A stretch of DNA of 63,687 bases, counting the filler, from Folioceros fuciformis (lineage: Eukaryota): the NCBI GenBank assembly GCA_049999805.1. It is 4 parts of 4 records of this genome, joined end to end, with 100 filler letters (N's around TTAATTAATTAA, not from the genome) between each part and the next. Parts side by side here need not be neighbours in the genome. Positions count along the whole stretch, not along the records: positions 1 to 22,108 come from JBNGIO010006047.1; 3 more parts are not named here. One strand, given 5' to 3'. Positions 1-11,563 of this stretch are shown here, in pieces. The notes beneath the pieces were generated by a model. That model saw nothing but the letters and a program-made list of their open reading frames with translations. It had not been told where the DNA came from and did no database searches. Position 1 is the first letter of the stretch; each line of letters starts with the position of its first letter. Position numbers and translations under genes: made by a program.

Positions 1-162
1 CTACCCAGCCCTAGGCCTCGCCTTTGCCTTGAAGGCTACAAGAGGGAAGGCTGTTGTGTTCCAAATTGCAGGAGAGAAGGGTTGAGTTGCAGATTTTGGA
101 AGTGGAAGTGTTGAAGTGAGGAGTTGAGCTGAAGTGAGGGGCTGGAGGGTGAAGTGAAGTGT

Positions 163-245
163 TGAAGTGAAGGACTGAAGTGCTGAAGTGAAGGACTGAA
201 GTGCTGAAGTGAAGGACTGAAGTGCTCAAGTGAAGTGCTGAAGTG
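163..245. repeat. 21-bp minisatellite (TGAAGTGAAGGACTGAAGTGC) x3 plus partial copy, in a GAAGT-rich tract
   Basis: Three exact copies at 163-183, 184-204 and 205-225, degenerate flanks. Confidence 0.9.
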
Positions 246-732
246 GTGGAATGAAGTGTTGGAGCTGGAGTGAGGAGCTAGCTGAAGTTGAGGTTCTCGT
301 TCAGCTGCAGAGGTAGCTAGCACTAGGTGCTGAGAGTTGGAGGCCAGACTTGGGGCTAGAGCCTCCTCTTAGCACTGAAGTGATTGATACTTGGAGCTGG
401 AAATGAAGGCTGAAGACAATGCTGGAGTTCTCATTTTGTTGAGGCTGGGGTTGGTGTTGTGGTAGGAGCCGAAGACAGGACCGAGACTTCTGACCTATTG
501 CTGTAGTACTTGGTATATGCTGATAGATAGGGTGAGATTAGGGAGATGTAGGTAACCTTGACATTAGTTCACTCCCTTGGGAGCGAATCATAAGACTGCA
601 ACGATAATAAGGGGAAGTGTGGCCCCTTGGTGGTTCTTAGGTGCAAGTTTCACTCCACAATTCCCCATCCTGTCTCCCTATCCCTTTTCCCATTTCCCTT
701 CTTCCTATTATCTTCCCATTTGGAAGATAATT

Positions 733-1217
733 TGTCAGCCCCACAAATTTCAGACCTGAAAAGTTTTCGTGGAACATGTCTTTGGAGAAATTCTTTATGG
801 ATCCAAAACTATTTTCAGATTGGAGCTGTTCCTCGAACCAACTCCGTTTTGACACAAACTAGTCTCGCGTCCAAAGTGAGGGTGATACGCTGGTAAGTAA
901 CAAATACTGGCCTACAACTCAAGTGTGGCTACAACTCAGGTGTGACTCTGGTGCAAAACGGACTTCTAGTTTGCTCTAGACGGGACTCCAGCAATTTCCC
1001 CAGAGACTTGTGACAAGCTTGTGTGGAACCCTGCAGGTTGGGTGGAGCAAACACTATGGTGCAAGCCAAAAGGATGGACAACCCACAGGAGCCTAGGGGA
1101 TGTAAGAGCGGCCTCAACTATCTGTAGAGGCACCAATCTAGTGAGATTGCCGGCTTGCAGACGGGCCAGGTGGGAGTTGAGAGGATCCGGATGGCCCATT
1201 TGAAGAATTGCTAAAAT
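733..1217. repeat. Dispersed repeat, homologous to the start of 2371-3800; possible LTR or TE end
   Basis: TGTCAGCCCCACAAATTTCAGACCTGAAAAG resembles TGTCAAGCCCAAAAATTATGGACCTAAAAAG at 2371; 930-1035 aligns with 2558-2675. Confidence 0.6.
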
Positions 1218-1538
1218 TGTTAGAAATGAATGGTTTACGACAACACATCAAAAGAGTAATTGTTCTAATTTAACAGCTAAATATTTATGCCATATCAGAG
1301 AGTGTAGAAGAACTTCGCTTGTAGTCTCAGCAAGATTATTACTATAGAATAGATAGTGTCTAGGATAGTAACATGGTGACCCTCCAGTATACAAGGGGTC
1401 ATGGCCACGCTCTATAGTGTAGTGGTGAATAGATAAGCATCAGTGTTTGAGCTTATTGAGCTCTTACATGTTGTTCACCCTCCTGTGTCTTGTAAAATAT
1501 TTCCTCTCAATAAAGGCTAGATCCGTATATTTTTAACA
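1218..1538. mobile_element. Solo LTR (321 bp)
   Basis: TGTTAGAAAT...ATTTTTAACA inverted termini (9/10); flanks AAAAT/AAAAC (4/5 TSD); AATAAA near right end. Confidence 0.7.
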
Positions 1539-2179
1539 AAAACAGCGGTCTCCAGCCTTATTTCGAGCCACAAGTGCTATATGCATTTGCGTTCATTGAC
1601 CTCGAGGACGGTGGGCAGCATCTAATGCTGCTCTTGGGAAGACACCTGACTGGAAACCGTGGATGTAGTGGCGTGGAGTTGCTGCCCGAGGCCGAGGAGA
1701 CAGAGATGGGTGTATCTGGTCGGCTCGTCCTGTGGAAACGCCTTGAACGAGTACCTGCTAGTGGAGCTGATGACCCCCATGATCCTACTGAGAATCAAGG
1801 GGAGCTTCCGAAGGAGAGGTTTATGTGGAACACGGTTGTCTCATCCAAGGGCGAGCGCAAACGCAGGCACAACTACAATCGCAACAGCGAGGCCAGAATC
1901 AAGGATGTGAAGGTATAAATTGGCACAGCAGGATGGCAATGTGGATGAGCTAGGAGCAAGTGCAATGGCAGCAGTGGTGGTGGCGGCAGCAACAGTGGGC
2001 GGTGCAGGTGGTCATGAGTGGAGTGTGGTGAGCAAGGTGCTGGTGGTGGATGAGGCATCAGGGACGCATGAATCGAGCCAAATCTAGGTGCTGAAGGGGC
2101 TGGACGTAGTGTGGAAGAGGCTAGGGATGTATATTGGGAGCACGAGGACTAAGGGCTACACCACCTAGTGTACGAAGTG

Positions 2180-2345
2180 CTGGACAATATTTTCCATCTC
2201 CTTCTTATCTTCTTCAGATTGGGGACATGAGGCAAATGAGAGCTTGACTCCAAACGCACCTAGGGTGGTTGACACCCTAGCATTCTCCATGTTGAAGCCT
2301 TTGAGCATACCGGCTACATATCTACCTTGGTGAAGATAGAATGTC
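2180..2345 (-). pseudogene. Ty1/copia reverse transcriptase fragment
   Basis: YLHQGRYVAGMLKGFNMENARVST...CPQSEEDKKEMENI matches the copia RT C-terminal pattern seen in other elements here. Confidence 0.75.
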
Positions 2346-2370
2346 GTGGACAAGGCGCAGGCAAGCACTG

Positions 2371-3800
2371 TGTCAAGCCCAAAAATTATGGACCTAAAAA
2401 GGTAATTTTCAGGACCCTGATTTTGATGTAATTCTCCCTTGTGTCCGAAAATATTTTCGAACCGGAGTAATTCTTTGGAATAGTCCATTTCGGAGACGGA
2501 CTTATCCGCAGCCATGTCTGGAGTGAAAGCAATATTCCGATCAGAATAAGGACCGGTGTACAACTCAGGGTCGGCTGTCCATTGGACTCTAGTGTAAATC
2601 AGTCTTCTAGTCCATTCTGGACAGGACTCTAACAATTTCCCCAGAGAGTATGGTATGCCTATGTGGAACCTTGCCAATTAGACGGACTAGGCACCGTGGT
2701 GTAGGAGGAGGACATGGAGCCTATTAAGCAAGGGGATGTCGTTTGTACCCTGCACAGCGCGGTCTGGGGCCAGGAAATACATTCGATGGGCTGTAATATC
2801 GCGTGAGGGTCCACAATGCTAGAGGTTGGGCACATGATCTCGGCATCCAATAGCGGATTCCTGATGCCGACCATGGTGATGGAGCTTAAACGAATCGGGA
2901 GCTGACTGTGGACACGAGTTCTTCTAGCGGCTTCAACGAGAGGGTGGTTTGGGCCTTCAAGGCCTTGGCCATGTTCTAGACCCTAGCTATGAAGCACAAG
3001 GCGGGATTGCTGCCATGCACTCTTCCGCTACCAATGCTGAGCTACGACTTTTCCAATATGGGCAGGCAACCTTCGTTGCATTTCTTCTGGAATACGATTG
3101 TGTAGGGCCCATACCCGGCAGGCTCTCAATGCCCTAGCGTTTGAGGATGGAGCAGTGTGGAGCTAGTGCCCGAGAATTGGAGGAAGGTGAAGCTGGCTCA
3201 TCTTGTCCGTACTGGTGACATTTTGAGGGAACGATGGAGACCGGCAACTGTGGAGTCTTGAAACCAGCTTTGTGTGTGATTCTCTACTCGACATGTGGGG
3301 ATCATTTTGAAGAGGCAAAGGGATGCCAGTGTGGCATTGAATTTCTTCAAGTGGGTCCAGCAGCAGAGATTCCAAGCCGGAAGAGTGTTGTCGCAGCGAG
3401 CATTCATGCACCACCTCGGGCTGATGAGAGTGTTGCTCCCCACGGAGCTAATGCACACGACAAGGCAACTCTACCTCATGCCTATTTCCTTATTTAATAT
3501 TATCTGACTTAAGTTAATATTATTTCTAACCCAAAGACCAAACCTAAATCGAGACCTTCCCGACCCTATGGTCTTGTACCAGACCTAAAACCTTTCTAGG
3601 CCTAGTACCAAAACCTACACCAATTCTAATAACTAAACCAATTATTTACTCATCAATTAATCTAATTAGCACAAGGAAAAATAGAAAAATGACCAGAAAA
3701 TAAGGGAAAATAAGGAGAAAAAGAAAACCAAACCACTATCAACCACTAAACCCTTTTTTAACAAAAAAAAAAACACTATCCCAAACTTTGGAGGTTCACA
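2371..3800. mobile_element. Candidate ~1.4-kb LTR-like element inserted between copia RT fragments
   Basis: Starts TGTCAAGCCCAAAAATT, ends AAACTTTGGAGGTTCACA (loosely inverted, TG...CA); RT fragments on both sides; no TSD seen. Confidence 0.4.
3181..3380 (+). pseudogene. Fragment of a P-class PPR protein N-terminal region
   Basis: Translation DILRERWRPATVES*NQLCV*FSTRHVGIILKRQRDASVALNFFKWVQQQRF resembles the pre-repeat helix (VLK...ALxFFxW) of plant PPR proteins; two in-frame stops. Confidence 0.65.
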
Positions 3801-4537
3801 ATAATCCTCGGGTTGATCCATGGATATCTCTTCTTCCAAGTGACCATGGAGGAAAGTTGTACAAACATCCAACTAATAAATGTCAAGGTTTAGTTCAACA
3901 GATGATGATGACAGGCAAATAGACTTAATCACCTTGATAGTCTACTTCTTTCTAACTACAGCCCTTTGCAACTAATCTCGCTTTGTAACGTGTATGAGAC
4001 TCAACCTCTTGAAACTTGGTTTTACAATAGCCCACCCAAGAGGTAGATCCACTAAGGCCCAAGTGTTATTCTTGATTGGAGAGTTATACTCATCATCAAT
4101 AGCTAGCTTCCACTTGTTAGCATCATGTCTAGCATATGCTTCTTGCAATGTGAGCAAATCTCCTTCTAAAGCGGTAGAACCCACAGGAAAGGAATAGACA
4201 CTGGGATACCCTTCTTGACTGAGCTCAAGGTCAAAGGGTTTCTCATATCAGAGATGTCGAGGAGGTCTCTATCGTGTACAATACCTGCGCTTTGGAACAT
4301 TGACATATGGTCTCGGAGATGAAGATGTTGGATCGGGGACATTAGGAGTTGTTGCATCAACGATAGCCTCCAACTAAATCGGCAGCTATTCTTGATTATG
4401 ATCCATGGGCACTTCTTCTCCCCCCCCCCCCCTTGAATAGAAAGCCTCCGTAGCTATTGGAGGTGAAGGATCCATGGCAAGGATAGGAGCGGCATCTAAA
4501 GGAAAAGACAAAAAATGAAGCTCAAAAGAGATGTAAG

Positions 4538-4931
4538 TGTTAAGCATGATTAATGTTGAGATTAATTAGTGCTAATCCAGCTTATTGAGTTTGTACTAAT
4601 TAGTGGTAAGAGTGATTAAGGTTATGATTAATATATATAGCTTATTATACTTTGTTATGTTAGGCAAAAAGGTATTGTAGGGTTTGGGGTCATTTATCCC
4701 ATATTGCGCACGAAATGAGAGTGCCACCCATAGGTCCATAAAAGAAGGGATGAACCCACCTAGTATTTGCAGTCTAACTCCCTTTTCACTTGTATTGTGT
4801 TGTTTTTGTAGTTCTCCTTTTATTTGAGTTTAAGAGCCTTGTTATAGTGCTCTTATTTTTGGGATTTTGCATCTTGCTTCAACTAACTTGTTTTAACCTC
4901 TTTTGAGCATGGCGGGGGTGACATCTCAACA
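4538..4931. mobile_element. Solo LTR, 394 bp, copy 1
   Basis: TGTTAAG...CTCAACA; perfect TSD GTAAG; near-identical to 23288-23681. Confidence 0.92.
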
Positions 4932-6388
4932 GTAAGTGCCATTAGAGGGTGGGGGACTGCTGAGCAGGGAGGAGTCATCCTCATCGTCCGCCAAAAGGGG
5001 ATTGAAAGACAAAAGACTAGCTTCATCAAAAGTAACAGTTCTATAATACATTGGAGTCTTGGAGTGTATATCAATCAACTTATAGGCCTTGCAATCCTCC
5101 CCATAACCCACAAACACCAGTTTTCGTGCCTAGGAAGAAAGCTTGTCACAAAGCAGGGAGGGGACATAGGCATAGGTAGGACAATCGAAGACTTGCAAGA
5201 GATTGATCAAAGGCTTGTATCCATGCCAGCACTCAAAAGGAGTACGCCCAAGAATAGCCTTAGTGAGTATCCTGTTTCTTAACATACGTGGCAGTAGAGA
5301 TGGCCTTGGCCCAAAAAGATTTGGGCAAACGAGACTGGGCTAACATGGCCCAAGCCATTGGCATGAGATCAACATTGGCCTTCTCCACAATGCCATTCTG
5401 ATAAGAAGTGTAAGGGGCAAAAAATTAGTGCAAGATCCCATGCTCCTCACAGAAGGCTTGGAATTGATGGCTATTTAGTTCTCCCGCATTGTCAAATTGG
5501 ATGCACCGCAGCTTGTACCCAACATGCAACTCGACCATAGAGACAAAGGGCAAGAATATAGGAAAAGAGTCACTCTTGAGTCGAAGCAGATACGCAAAGG
5601 AGTAACAAGAATAATCATCCACTATGGTCATAAAGTGGCAAGCTCTACCTAAAGAGGTGACACGAAGGGGTTCACATAAATCTAGAACCAGCTCCAAGGA
5701 CTGAGAAGCTCTATGAGCGGGAAGACTTGAGTAAGGAGAACTCTGCTACTTGGCAAGCATGCATGCTTCATAGAAGGGCGGAGCCTTGGCCAAAGGGGGA
5801 AGTGTATCTCCAAACAAATCCTGCTGGGTCATCTCAAGGAGCTTGGTAGGATTAAGATGCCCAAGGCGACTATGCCATAAGAGGGCATTCCTTGAAGAAA
5901 GGATGTCCATGGGTAGGAAGCAACCTTGGTAGAGGCCACAATGGAAGTGATTGAGGAATACACAAGAGTACCATTAAATATATAGAGATCATTGTGAGGT
6001 TGTCCTCTAGCTACTACGCGCCTTGGCTGCTTTGAGGATCAATAGATGAGACAATCCTCACGGCCAAACTCGAACTGAAAAGTTCCATTAATTAGAAGTT
6101 GGCAAAGGGAGATCAAATTCTTAGTCATCTGCGGAACGTGGAGCACATTGGTTAGTACAAGAGAAGAACCATCTTCCAAAGTGAAAGTCACAGAACCAAT
6201 GCCAGCAATGGCAAGGCTAGAGTCATCACCCAGCAACATGAAACAGGAGTATTGTTTGTCACTGTGTAAGTTGTAAACATGTGTTTGGAGCTGCAAAGTT
6301 GGGCAATGGCCGCTGAATCTAGCAGCCAAGTAGTTCGTACTTCAAAGGCAACCAAGCATACAGTTAATGCAACTTCAGCCTTTGTTTG

Positions 6389-6665
6389 TGAAGGATCGCT
6401 ACAGGAGCTACATAGTGAAGGAGAAGAGGAGGAAGGAAGGAGGAGAGGAGAAAGAGAGGTCACACTGTCACAATGTCTCAATAGCAAGGGAGCTCAAGGG
6501 GGTATTTATACCCTCTAGAAGAGCTCCCTAGGAAGCTTCACAAGAAGCCCACAGGAAGCTTCCTATAGATTAGCTTAAGCTAATCTAAACTAATGATACT
6601 TAAGTAGACACTAATCTAAGACTAAACCCATTAGCCTAAGCACATTGGGCTTTACTAACCCTACA
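6389..6665 (-). repeat. 3' LTR of element B
   Basis: TGAAGG...CCTACA, homologous to 17332-17601, adjacent PPT (AAGTGGGAGGT on -). Confidence 0.92.
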
Positions 6666-6707
6666 ACCTCCCACTTAAAGGCCAATTTACTTTCATAGGA
6701 GAGTGGT

Positions 6708-9700
6708 CTACCTCATGCCCATGAGTGTCCGAGCTTGTGCAAATTGCTTCGAAAAGAGCCCCTTGGTAAGAACATATGCAGGGTTTTGACTGGTGTGAAC
6801 TTTGACAAGCTGTACCCTCTTGTCTTCCAACACCTCTCGAGTGAAGTGATACTTCACTTCCACATGTTTGGTCTTCGCATGAAACATTGGATTCTTTGCC
6901 AATTGGATAGAACTCTAGCTATCACAATGCAACACTGGCAGCTCAACCTTGATCCCCAAATCTCCCACTAAACAAGCAAGCCACATGGCTTCCTTACAAG
7001 CCTCAGTCGCTGCAACATACTCGGCCTCTGTGGTAGATAGCGCTATGCACGATTGCAAACGAGATCGCCATGAGACTGCTCCTCCAGTGCACATGAAGAC
7101 ATAACCTGATGTGACCTCCTTTTGTTCATATCCTCTGCATAATCAGCATCCGTATATCCCACGACAGATGCATCTTCACTACCAAAACATAAGCCCAAAG
7201 CTTTCGTACCATTTAAGTACCTCATAACTCCTTTCAGTGCCTTCCAATGCTTCCTGCTAGGGTTTGACATGAACATGCTAACCACTCCTACCGCAAAAGC
7301 AATGTCATGACGTGTAGCAATCATTGCATACATCAAACTCCCTATAGCTGATGAATATGGAACCGTCTCCATTTCAGCTTTAACCTCCGTAGAGCTTGGG
7401 CAATCCTTGCTTGAAAGTTTTACATATGGAGGCAACGGAGTACTCAATACCTTCCCCTTCTCCATGTTGAAACGTTGAAGCACCCTATTAATGTATTCAA
7501 TCTGAGACAAGTAAAGCAAATGCTTAGGTCTATCTCGACAAATACGCATGCCAAGAATATGGCTTGCCTCTCCCAAGTCTATCATGTCAAAGCGAGCATT
7601 CAACTTTGACTTCAATGCTGAAATCTCATTACTGCTAATCCCAGCAATTAGCATATCATCCACATAGAGGACCAGAATGAGCAAGCTTCCATCCTTAGCT
7701 TGCTTCGTATAGAGGCAATGATCCTCCTTGCTACATTTATAGCCTTGAGAAAGCATAAATGAGTGGAACTTGTAATACCACTCCTTGGGTGCCTGTTTCA
7801 AACCATAAAGGCTCTTCTTTAACCTGCTCACCAAATTCTCGTTGCCCTTCTCAATGAAACCCTATGGTTGCTACATGTATACCTCTTCCTGGAGATCACC
7901 ATGCAGAAATGCCGACTTCACATCCATCTGGACAAGTTCCAGGTCGTTCCTCGCAACCAGAGCTAAAACACATCGCACGGTGGTCATTTTGACAACGGGT
8001 GAGAAAATCTCATCAAAGTGAATACCTTGCTGATTCTTAAAACCCTTAGCAACTAATCGTGCCTTGTACTTGGGTTTTCCATAATGGGGTATGTCCTTCA
8101 TCTTATACACCCATTTACTTGGCAACGCCTTCTTGCCCTTAGGCAACCATACGAACTCCCAAGTTTGGTTATTATGGAGCAAATTCATCTGCGACTGCAT
8201 CGCCTTCTCCCACTTGTCCTTGTCAGTCAGTGACATGGCCTCTTGGTAACAAGAGGGCTCCCCACAATCCGTCTGCATGACATAATCAAGAGATGCAACA
8301 TACTTGTCAGGAGGACGTGAAATCCTTCCTAACCTCCGAAGCACAGGCGCCTCGACCGGAGTTGGTTGAACTCTCTCCTCTTCTACAAATGGAGGAACTG
8401 GTTCCTGCATATCACGACGTTCAACCTGCGCGGGACGATCAAGTCCATCTTCTTGGAAGATCACCCGTCGCACCTCCATAGTTGGAGTAGGCTTCTTGTG
8501 CATCTTGGTCTCATTGAAGAACACATCTTGGTTCTCCTGTGTTAGCTCGTGGATCAAAGTCTCGAACATCTTGGTCATTGCTGCGAACCACCCTCTTGGC
8601 CTCTCGATCCGATAGATGGTATCCCATCTCTTTAGATTCACCATAGCTAAGAAAAGTACATTTTCTTGACTTGGAAGCCAACTTTTCTTTCTTGCGAAAA
8701 GACTTGGGAGCCAACTTGTCATGAAACTCCTTCGGAACATGGTAGTATGCCTCGTAGCCAAACACTCATAGATGCTTGTATGACGGCTTCTTTCCAAACC
8801 ACATCTCCTCTGGAACCTGCTCATCTACAGCCGTATTAGGAGATCTGTTAATAAGATGCACCGCAATAACCACTGCTTATGCCCAAAATCCGTTAGGCAA
8901 TCCAGAGTTTGACAACAAACTACGCATCCTCTCATGGATGGTCCTGTTCATCCGTTCAGCCACACCATTCTGGGGAGGAGTATACGGGGCAGTCAATTCT
9001 CTTTTGATTCACTTGGAATCATAGAATAACTGGAAAGCCTTTGAAACATACTCTCCCCCATTGTTTGTCCTCAGACACTTCACTTGGAGGCCAGACTGAT
9101 TCTCCACAAGGGTGACAAATTTCTCAAACACTATCAGAACATCATCCTTTTTCTTCAAAGGATAAACCCACACCTTACGTGAGCAATCATCTATGAAAGT
9201 GGCTAAATAGGATGCATCACCTAACGACACAGTGGGCATAGGTCCACAAACGTCACTGTAAACCAATTCAAGAGGTTTACTTTTGTGTTTACCTCTTGCT
9301 CCATGTGGTGACTTCCTCTATTTCCCATACAAACAGTGCTCACACACGGAAAAATCGGAGAAGTCAAAAGTAGGGACGTAACCAAAACGAGATAAGATCT
9401 TCATTCCTTTTTGAGACACATGTCCTAACCGACAATGCCACAAGGAAACACTTGGTTGTTCCGTTACACAAATCACATGATCCTTGATAGTGATTACCTG
9501 AAATGAGTACAAAGTGCCACACTTTGATCCACGAGCTAACACAAGAGAACCTTTAGAGATCTTCCAAGAATGATCTCCAAACCAACAATGGTAGCCAGCG
9601 TCATCCAACTGCCGTGTGCTAATCATGCTTTTGGTCAACTTTGGAACATGCCTAACATCCTTCAGTACGAATGACGATCCATTGTCGAACTTCAATTGCA

Positions 9701-10306
9701 CATCACCAACGCCTGCAATCTCGCATGCGTAATTATTTCCAACCTGAACACATCCTTTCCTAGTAGCATCATATGTGGTAAACCACTCCCTATGCGGAGT
9801 AACATGGAAAGATGCTTCAGAGTCAATTATCCAATTAGAGAATAAGTAACTCTCCACGGCTGTCAGTTGTGCAGAATTGAAGGAAGAAGAGATAATAACA
9901 TTTCCATCATCAACAGAGTTCACCTCGTCACGCTTGATACTCGGACTTGTCTTGTTGTCACTCTGCTTCTTCTCCTTTCCTTTGTCCTTCTTGAACTTCT
10001 CACAGTCCCTTCTTATGTGACCCTTCTTGTGATGATGGTAACACTCAACATTGTTACGACTATGAGACTTACTATGGCAAAGACTTCGCTCCTTGTACTT
10101 CCCCTTTGAAGTGGACCTTCCTCTCACCATGAGGGCATTGGAACCTTTCAAAGGTTCCATATTCTTCCTGTTCACCTCCTTTGTTAACAGGCTACCTTCT
10201 ACATTTACAACGGTAAGACCACTAGTAGGAGCGGAATTACTTAGAGCTATACAAAAAGTGTCCCAAGTCTCCAGTAATGTGACCAACAGAAACATAGCTC
10301 TCATGG
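6708..10306 (-). pseudogene. Element B gag C-terminus and pol (PR, IN, RT, RNase H), frameshifted
   Basis: ORFs 9318-10304 (WIIDSEASFH), 9009-9266 (SDVCGP), 7871-8824, 7043-7834 (LYVDDML), 6708-6902 (KTKHVEVKYHF). Confidence 0.93.
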
Positions 10307-10513
10307 TGTTACGGGGTAACCTCCCTCGCTTAGGGTTTCACCTAGATTGATTTACATTAACCTCTCGGTTAATTATATTTAGGTTATTAAGTCAAGGGGT
10401 GCTTAGCCTAGAGGATAGGCTTATATACATTATACAACTCTTTGTATTATTAACTTATGCATATTTCAATATTTTTGTTTATGCTCTCTTCTCCTGCTGT
10501 ACTTTTCTTTACA
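10307..10513 (+). repeat. 5' LTR of element C
   Basis: TG at the B gag breakpoint; ends TTTACA directly before the Met PBS. Confidence 0.8.
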
Positions 10514-10884
10514 TGGTATAAGAGCCATGAATCATGAACAATTGTGATGGCTTCTGCTACTCGTGGCCAAGCCTTCAGATATCGATACCAGGGGCTATCA
10601 GATTGGTATTCTTATACAATCAATGGCTCTTACGATAACGTACACTGCGTATCGTCAATGCGCCTAAATAGGCGTGCATATACAAGCCTTGATTTACTAT
10701 TACCATCATATGTCCTTCCGCTGCCTAGCAGGATGAAGAAATAAGAATCCTATCTTTTTCAGACTAATCTGATTTTCCAAGAAGAGCAACAGAGACTTCA
10801 ACGGAACTCAACATCATCTCTTGATGCTGGCTGAGCTCTGTCGAAGGCCATGCTCTCCTGCCTGCAAGACAGAATTAGCCTATA

Positions 10885-11268
10885 ATGCCTTCCCGTCGAC
10901 GAGGTCGCTATAACTCAGCAGGGACGCCTGCACAGGACCGGCAAACGGATCAACCCAATTTTCATGGGATACAGCCAGAAATTTCTGAACCGGAAATTGG
11001 AAGGTCAGGGGCTGTTGTGGATAATGATCACCTACTCTGGCGCATCAACAATCTACAGGGTCAGTTGATCCAAATGTTTACCGTTCAGAATTCATGGGTG
11101 ATAGAGAGACTTGATCAGATTAGTGAGCACTTGGTTCAGATTAGTGAGCGCAGGAAATTTGAGCAGGTGGATTTTCCATTACCTATGTCGGTGGCATCAC
11201 CAGCAATGGGATTGTATCTTCCCACCTTGTCTCCAATCCCTAGAAAACCGGACGCTCACAGTAGTTAG
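10885..11268 (+). CDS. ORF0 of C, 127 aa, Arg-rich N-terminus and coiled-coil-like segment, function unknown
   Basis: MPSRRRGRY...LLWRINNLQGQLIQMF...VIERLDQISEHLVQISE; lies between PBS and gag. Confidence 0.6.
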   Translation: MPSRRRGRYNSAGTPAQDRQTDQPNFHGIQPEISEPEIGRSGAVVDNDHLLWRINNLQGQLIQMFTVQNSWVIERLDQISEHLVQISERRKFEQVDFPLPMSVASPAMGLYLPTLSPIPRKPDAHSS

Positions 11269-11563
11269 GGTTTCGTGTGAACAGTTGCTTCACATGACTG
11301 GGGCATTTTTCAGTTAGGGTTTCTGTGCACATACCTTTTCATGTTGACGTTTTGCATGAACTTTGTCGTTTCCTGTGCCTCTCCCTTCAATGCCCTGTCC
11401 CTTCATGTTGTAGATGCCTTTTCAGATCTGCACATTTAGATAACACAGTTAGTCAACCATGCATGGATGATTGGTTACTGGATGACTTAGCAGAATCATT
11501 TTATAACCTTTTTTTAGTGGACTGATCCCTGCTGCTCCAGCCCAGAACCAAGGTCGACCCGGC

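Noticed and set aside
163-245. Short direct repeats as a CRISPR array
   Set aside because: Head-to-tail units with no unique spacers, no cas genes, eukaryotic context
1574-1918. Short ORFs as a second host gene fragment
   Set aside because: No motif I can name; needs BLASTX
4520-4530. GCTCAAAAGAG next to the solo LTR, inverted match to a site inside it
   Set aside because: Only 11 bp, outside the TSD and absent beside copy 2; probably chance
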